A stretch of DNA of 64,000 bases from a virus. The stretch's first letter is position 1. Each line of letters opens with the position of its first letter. Positions 59,709 to 64,000 of the stretch are shown here, in pieces. Both the position numbers and the translations under genes were made by a program. Location: IMG/VR virus record IMGVR_UViG_3300020450_000018, positions 8,177 to 72,176 of that record; one strand, 5' to 3'. The notes below the pieces were generated by a model. The model had not been told where the DNA came from. It did not search any database and was given only the letters and a program-made list of their open reading frames with translations.

Positions 59709-60137
59709 TCAGCTGTCTGGAATGAGAACTGCGTTAAACTTAGTGTCAATGACGTTGTAGTCATCGTCATATGTGTGATCTATGGAAAATGCTTTCCACA
59801 TGTCCTCATCAAACACATATAAAAATTCCTCGCCAGCTCTTGCATTTAGACAGTAGTCAGTAAAATTCTTGTCTAGGCGTGGTGCTTCGCTGTCACCGCC
59901 ATAGTAACTAGGTGCGGGATCTCTCTTGATAAATTCCTGTTTCTCATAGTCAAACTCACTATCAGAATAACATGATGACATATTGCCACCATCAATAAGT
60001 TCAGATATTTTCTCACGTGTGTTGTACTGTTCATTAAGTGTAACGCCTAACCACTCAGGATATCCATCCCAATGGTGGTAAGCTGAGATGATAGAACCAT
60101 CTGTGAGTTGTAATCCGATGCGTGAACGTGTGCCCAT
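59709..60137 (-). CDS. Conserved phage early protein (MGTRSRIG / YxHWDGYP family)
   Basis: MGTRSRIG, YHHWDGYPE, EFLYVF motifs; own promoter module. Confidence 0.8.
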   Translation of the reverse strand: MGTRSRIGLQLTDGSIISAYHHWDGYPEWLGVTLNEQYNTREKISELIDGGNMSSCYSDSEFDYEKQEFIKRDPAPSYYGGDSEAPRLDKNFTDYCLNARAGEEFLYVFDEDMWKAFSIDHTYDDDYNVIDTKFNAVLIPDS

Positions 60138-60209
60138 AATAAAGAAAGATTTGTTTGTATGTGTTTATTATAGTCCCTGTGTGTGGGACTGTGTGTAGCT
60201 CTGTGCCAC

Positions 60210-60494
60210 TTAATGAACTGTCCCACCTACACCCGTAGGCACATACTTATAGTTGTAGTCTTGTAATAGTATGTCACGGACTCTTTCCCTATCTAATGAA
60301 TCACCGTCACCCCACTCTGCATGCTCGCAAGGATCAGTGCATATATCAATGTAATTAAGAGTCGCTCTCATGATGTCATACAAAGTAAGAGGTTGCTTTG
60401 TCTCCTTACTCATCATAGGATAGATTGGGTCATTTGTTCCATAGAATGAATCAACGTATGTAATGAAATCGTAGACGCCTTTGGGATTAGTCAT
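60210..60494 (-). CDS. Early hypothetical protein
   Basis: FY...PIYP and GDSLDRERVRD motifs; probable start MTNPK downstream of the -10 at 60517-60522. Confidence 0.7.
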   Translation of the reverse strand: MTNPKGVYDFITYVDSFYGTNDPIYPMMSKETKQPLTLYDIMRATLNYIDICTDPCEHAEWGDGDSLDRERVRDILLQDYNYKYVPTGVGGTVH

Positions 60495-60562
60495 AAAAAA
60501 ACCTGAACATGTATTCATTATACACGGTCAGGTTAGGTTTTGATCAATTGGTGGACACTTTA

Positions 60563-60697
60563 TTATGTGTCACCCCAGCTGTTGCTCTCTTTCTTAAATT
60601 TTGGTATCTTTCTCTTATTCAGTCTATTTCTATTCTTTATGGTATATCCAAAATCCTCAAAATCGTCTACCTCGTCATCCTTGGTGACCCTATTCAT
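60563..60697 (-). CDS. 44-aa acidic/basic hypothetical protein
   Basis: Manual translation MNRVTKDDEVDDFEDFGYTIKNRNRLNKRKIPKFKKESNSWGDT*. Confidence 0.55.
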   Translation of the reverse strand: MNRVTKDDEVDDFEDFGYTIKNRNRLNKRKIPKFKKESNSWGDT

Positions 60698-60712
60698 TGG
60701 TAATATAGCAGT

Positions 60713-60949
60713 TTATACAGTAACTGGGACTAGATCTCCTTCTTTGATGGTCTTATGTAGTAGTTTGCCCAGTGATTCTTTGTTTTTTAGTGTTTTTGAC
60801 ACTTTTTCGGCAAAGTTGTCACAATTCTGGCACGAAAACTCGTATTCTTTGTCAATGTTACTAGTATATGTAACAAATACGACGTTTTCTCCCATTCTTA
60901 TGCGAAATAATGCCGAACTATCAAGGTTTTCGTAAGTTTTCACAAACAT
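60713..60949 (-). CDS. KTSC-domain-like protein
   Basis: Probable start MFVKT at 60949; SSAL..I.....V.VTY....EYEF.....SLGK.LH..IK resembles the KTSC pattern. Confidence 0.5.
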   Translation of the reverse strand: MFVKTYENLDSSALFRIRMGENVVFVTYTSNIDKEYEFSCQNCDNFAEKVSKTLKNKESLGKLLHKTIKEGDLVPVTV

Positions 60950-61069
60950 GGTGATTATAAAAAGGTGGAGAAAAGTTAAAAACCTTAAAATTTGACTTTT
61001 TAAGATTTCTGAAAAACTCAAAAAACTGAAAAAATGAAAAAAGCAGGTTTCTAAACTTTTCTTGCTTTT

Positions 61070-61098
61070 ATTATAGCAAGGATTCTGAATATTAGCAA
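61070..61098 (-). promoter_or_regulatory. Sigma70-like promoter with extended -10
   Basis: TTGCTA-17 nt-TATAAT, with TGn immediately before the -10. Confidence 0.65.
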
Positions 61099-61265
61099 GT
61101 TTGTGGGGATTTCGTGACATTCAGATATCCACACTTGACATCTGATACATACCAGCCTAAGACAGCAACGTGACCGCACATTTACATACTTGTGACAGTC
61201 TTTACACAAAACCTAGACATATTTAATTAAGCATTTCTAAACATTTGGATACTACCCTATACTAC

Positions 61266-61804
61266 CTATCCAAACCCCTTGGTATCACTGGTGCGCAAAC
61301 CTGTCTCAGAATCACGTATTTCAACATGTGACAGAAGTTCCTTATCCTTGTACCAGATCTGTTTCATCAGTTCATAATTATATGACGAATGAGTCATCCC
61401 ATCCTTGTAAACTAGCTCATAGATTACCATGTTTTTGCATGTGTGTTAACCTCAACAGGTACATCAGTCTCAACATGATTGTGTTCTATATTCTCTATGT
61501 TGATATGTTCAAGTGCATTTGCTATTCTCTCTAATGAGGTAGCAATACGTGTCAAGTTTGTGTTATTCATGATTACCTTTTAATTTAAAACGATAGTCCT
61601 TAAGTTTTGCTTCAAGGAGTTTGTGATTACTTTCTCCTTTTTCATTCTTTGATTTAGATAATGCATGTAGTAAATCTTCTACATCTGCAAGTGAGAGATT
61701 CATGATTCTGTTGTGTAGTCAATGTCTATTTCATTGTAATCATCATAGTTATCATTGTCCATGTCCTGTTCATTCATCTCTCTGATAAAGTCTTCTTCGT
61801 TCAT
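61266..61804 (-). CDS. Four tiny coupled ORFs (61266-61430 ending KGFG*, 61424-61570, 61563-61703, 61700-61804)
   Basis: Manual translation; overlapping stop/start codons downstream of the consensus promoter at 61827-61855. Confidence 0.55.
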
Positions 61805-61826
61805 GGTATGGTTGATGACTGTAACT

Positions 61827-61855
61827 ATTATAAGTGACAATTACATAAGTGTCAA
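61827..61855 (-). promoter_or_regulatory. Perfect sigma70 consensus promoter overlapped by the early palindrome
   Basis: TTGACA-CTTATGTAATTGTCACT(17 nt)-TATAAT. Confidence 0.85.
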
Positions 61856-62232
61856 CTGTTGTGTTGATCTTTTAACCACCAGTAGTTAACATATGCTTTG
61901 TATTGATGAGACTTTAGCTTGTGTTTACGTATGTGTTCCTTCATACGTTCCTCTCCATAGTTCTCATCAAACCATGCTACATTGAGATCAGGTGCATCCA
62001 CTGGTTCAAATCTGTATGGAAACTTGTACATACCCATGTGTGGAAACAAGTCCTTCTTACGTGATTGCAGGATTGTAATCTTTGTACTCGCCCTCTTACC
62101 AGTTCGGGTCGTCTTGACCTTTGTCGTTTGGGTTTTCCGAGTCAATGACCCTTTGGATTTCTTTTCTGATCTCTTCGTAGATGTCAATCCCTTGAGATTC
62201 TTTTTCAGTGCCTTTGCGGTTCTTGCTGTCAT
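61852..62232 (-). CDS. Basic (Lys/Thr-rich N-terminus) hypothetical protein
   Basis: 126-aa ORF. Confidence 0.7.
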   Translation of the reverse strand: MTARTAKALKKNLKGLTSTKRSEKKSKGSLTRKTQTTKVKTTRTGKRASTKITILQSRKKDLFPHMGMYKFPYRFEPVDAPDLNVAWFDENYGEERMKEHIRKHKLKSHQYKAYVNYWWLKDQHNS

Positions 62233-63073
62233 TTTTCATTGGTAAGCTTTCTCATGGTATTAATCTCATGGAGTATGACCTCGGCATCTGCAAAACGTTT
62301 TTCGTTCTGTGCCTTGATATACTCCATGATGAGTGTACGCATTGATTCGTCAACCTTGCTTGAGTTCAAGGTATCTTCGTTTGAGTTCTTGTTCATGAAA
62401 GAAAATAGTTGGTTCCTCTTCCGCATGGTCTGGGTGCATCCACTCATAGAATTCATCTGCGAGTGCCATGGCATCATCCAATTGATCATTAGAGATCAGT
62501 TCACGAAATCTATCCACGATACTGTCGTAGATATCATCACGATAACCAGAGATACGTGCTGTAGTCTCTTCATTAGTGTCGTAAAAGAAGTTGTTCATAG
62601 TTTTGTGGCGAATAGGACGTTTGAAAGATGGTCATAGTGAATGAACCGTGCGTCTTTTGGCAGCATACTGACCGCAGCTGCAGCGAAGTCATTAGGAAAC
62701 TTCTTAAACATACGCCAGTACTTGATTGTACCGTCGTGATCTAGATCTTCGTGCGGAAGAACACGAATCTCATATTTTCCACGAGTATACCGATTCGGGT
62801 ATGGATTGATATACTCACAGATGTGTTCCTTCAATAGGTTTCTCTTCATTTGTAAAAGACTCCATGTGAGTGCTCATCACTGAGAGCCTGTATGTCCTGT
62901 AGTTGTCTGCACATATGTGCGACAAATTCTACATCCTCATCGTCTGGGTCAAACTCATATGAGTGTTCCCAATCAACTGTGTTGTCTTTAAAAACTGGTG
63001 CTCCAAACATATATCCTTCTTCATCCATCGCGTATGCGTTGCCATCAGCAACGATATAAAAGGTTGGTGCCAT
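62229..63073 (-). CDS. Four small early ORFs (62229 to about 62342, 62350-62598, 62595-62849, 62846-63073)
   Basis: Coupled ORFs in the track. Confidence 0.65.
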
Positions 63074-63122
63074 GTGAGTTAAGAGAATTGAATTAACAGT
63101 GTACTATGTATACGTGCGTTTG

Positions 63123-63569
63123 TCAACGCATGTAAAGATATCCACCTGCCCAGTCACAATTGTTCATGACATACTCACGATCCTTGATGATGCGAAGATC
63201 ATAGCGGACGTGCTTTGCGGGTGATTTCCATCCTGCTGGCTTGTACACCTCACCAGTCTTCTTATCAACAAATGCGTGAACACTACGCTGATTGTTAACC
63301 ATAACGATCTTGTAGTACTTACGTCCAGACTCAATCACGAAGTCATAGTCAGGATTAGTCTTAACCTCCTCAATACGCTTGGTATTGTAATCAATGTCCC
63401 ACTGTGACTCTGCGGTCTGGATGTTACGCTCATAGGACTGAACACAGTCATCAATGTAACTTTGAATGAGTGCCTGACATAGGTCATTTGTCCACTGAAG
63501 AACATTTTGAGCAATCAACTTACGTGCTTCGTAAGTCTTTTCAAATTCAGAGAGTGTCTGTGTTGCCAT
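63123..63569 (-). CDS. Conserved T4-like cyanophage early protein
   Basis: GRKYYKI, SVHAFVDKKTGEVYKPAGWKSPAKHVRY, DWAGGYLY motifs. Confidence 0.8.
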   Translation of the reverse strand: MATQTLSEFEKTYEARKLIAQNVLQWTNDLCQALIQSYIDDCVQSYERNIQTAESQWDIDYNTKRIEEVKTNPDYDFVIESGRKYYKIVMVNNQRSVHAFVDKKTGEVYKPAGWKSPAKHVRYDLRIIKDREYVMNNCDWAGGYLYMR

Positions 63570-63645
63570 GATGTGTATCCTTTGTTGATACTATTATTAT
63601 ATACCCGATTCTGGTTTTATGCAACCATAGCTTGTGACACTAATA

Positions 63646-64000
63646 TTACTGGCACAGTGTGTCCACACTCTTGACCCATGTCTGCTTTAATAGTTCTGGT
63701 ACCTTTGTGCAGATGTAATCATCATTCTCTATGCTCTTGCCACCCTGTTGGTGTGCGAACAGACAATTATCTGACTCTAGGTGTGCAATGAAATCCTTCT
63801 TTGTGAACCATACTAATCGTGCATCGGACTCTTCCTGATTGATACCAAAGAAAACTAGGATCTCCCAGTCCTTGTCACGTGATACATGGTTAATGATAAA
63901 TGAGTCTTTCTTGACTCCTCCCTTCTTATTGCGTGTAGCAAGTGAGAATTTGATCTCTGTGAGTATACCATTTACCACACGATCATGTCCTGCTGTAGAT
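63646..64000 (-). CDS. PD-(D/E)xK nuclease-like protein, 5'-truncated by window edge
   Basis: Frame is open to the window edge: ...STAGHDRVVNGILTEIKFSLA (D...EIK motif). Confidence 0.5.
   Translation of the reverse strand, partial: STAGHDRVVNGILTEIKFSLATRNKKGGVKKDSFIINHVSRDKDWEILVFFGINQEESDARLVWFTKKDFIAHLESDNCLFAHQQGGKSIENDDYICTKVPELLKQTWVKSVDTLCQ

Larger units (their letters stand above)
55157..63656 (-). repeat. Dispersed early-promoter module, about 13 copies: 9-6-9 palindrome, sigma70-like -10, conserved leader
   Basis: Palindromes start at 55192, 55681, 55937, 56190, 56539, 57196, 58248, 58979, 59682, 60202, 60551, 61833, 63633; consensus (T/G)GTG(A/C)CA(C/G)T-N6-A(C/G/T)TG(G/T)CAC(A), with several copies degenerate. 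Confidence 0.88.

Noticed and set aside
60713-61120. 135-aa ORF with Phe-rich N-terminus
   Set aside because: The N-terminal extension is translation of T-tracts in a promoter/leader region; the real start is probably 60949
62229-62489. Apparent long overlap of ORFs 62229-62489 and 62350-62598
   Set aside because: The overlap disappears if the downstream ORF starts at MRTLIMEY (62342)
55157-63656. Repeats as a CRISPR array, or as CRP/NtcA sites
   Set aside because: Copies are degenerate and separated by whole genes, and no cas genes are present; spacing is TGTGA-N14-TCACA, not CRP N6 or NtcA GTA-N8-TAC
1-64000. tRNA, rRNA, intron/intein or transposase
   Set aside because: None recognised by eye; core genes appear uninterrupted, but a covariance-model scan was not possible

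Overview
A 64-kb segment of a T4-like marine cyanomyovirus genome (Synechococcus/Prochlorococcus phage type), encoded almost entirely on the minus strand. Read in transcription direction (right to left), it holds four parts. (1) 54.9-64 kb: an early region of about 30 tiny ORFs, most built as modules of a 24-bp palindrome (9-6-9), a sigma70-like promoter and a CU-rich leader without a Shine-Dalgarno sequence. (2) 13.0-54.6 kb: the late baseplate/tail cluster (PAAR-like spike, gp25, gp6, giant gp7, gp8, VrlC-like protein, 1347-aa and 3310-aa fibre proteins, a Gly/Pro-rich tip protein and its putative chaperone). (3) 4.4-13.0 kb: a divergently transcribed AT-rich island of eleven 2OG-Fe(II) oxygenases and a flavin-dependent halogenase. 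(4) 1-4.1 kb: gp13-gp16, then the photosynthetic NDH-1 genes ndhP and ndhI, both absent from the ORF track. The most notable observations are phycobiliprotein-like (globin-fold) repeats with bilin-site-like cysteines inside gp7 and the giant fibre, the oxygenase/halogenase island abutting a Pro-Gly-rich tip protein, the palindrome-delimited early gene cassettes, and a candidate structured RNA at the early/late boundary. All family assignments come from motif recognition by eye; no database searches were run.
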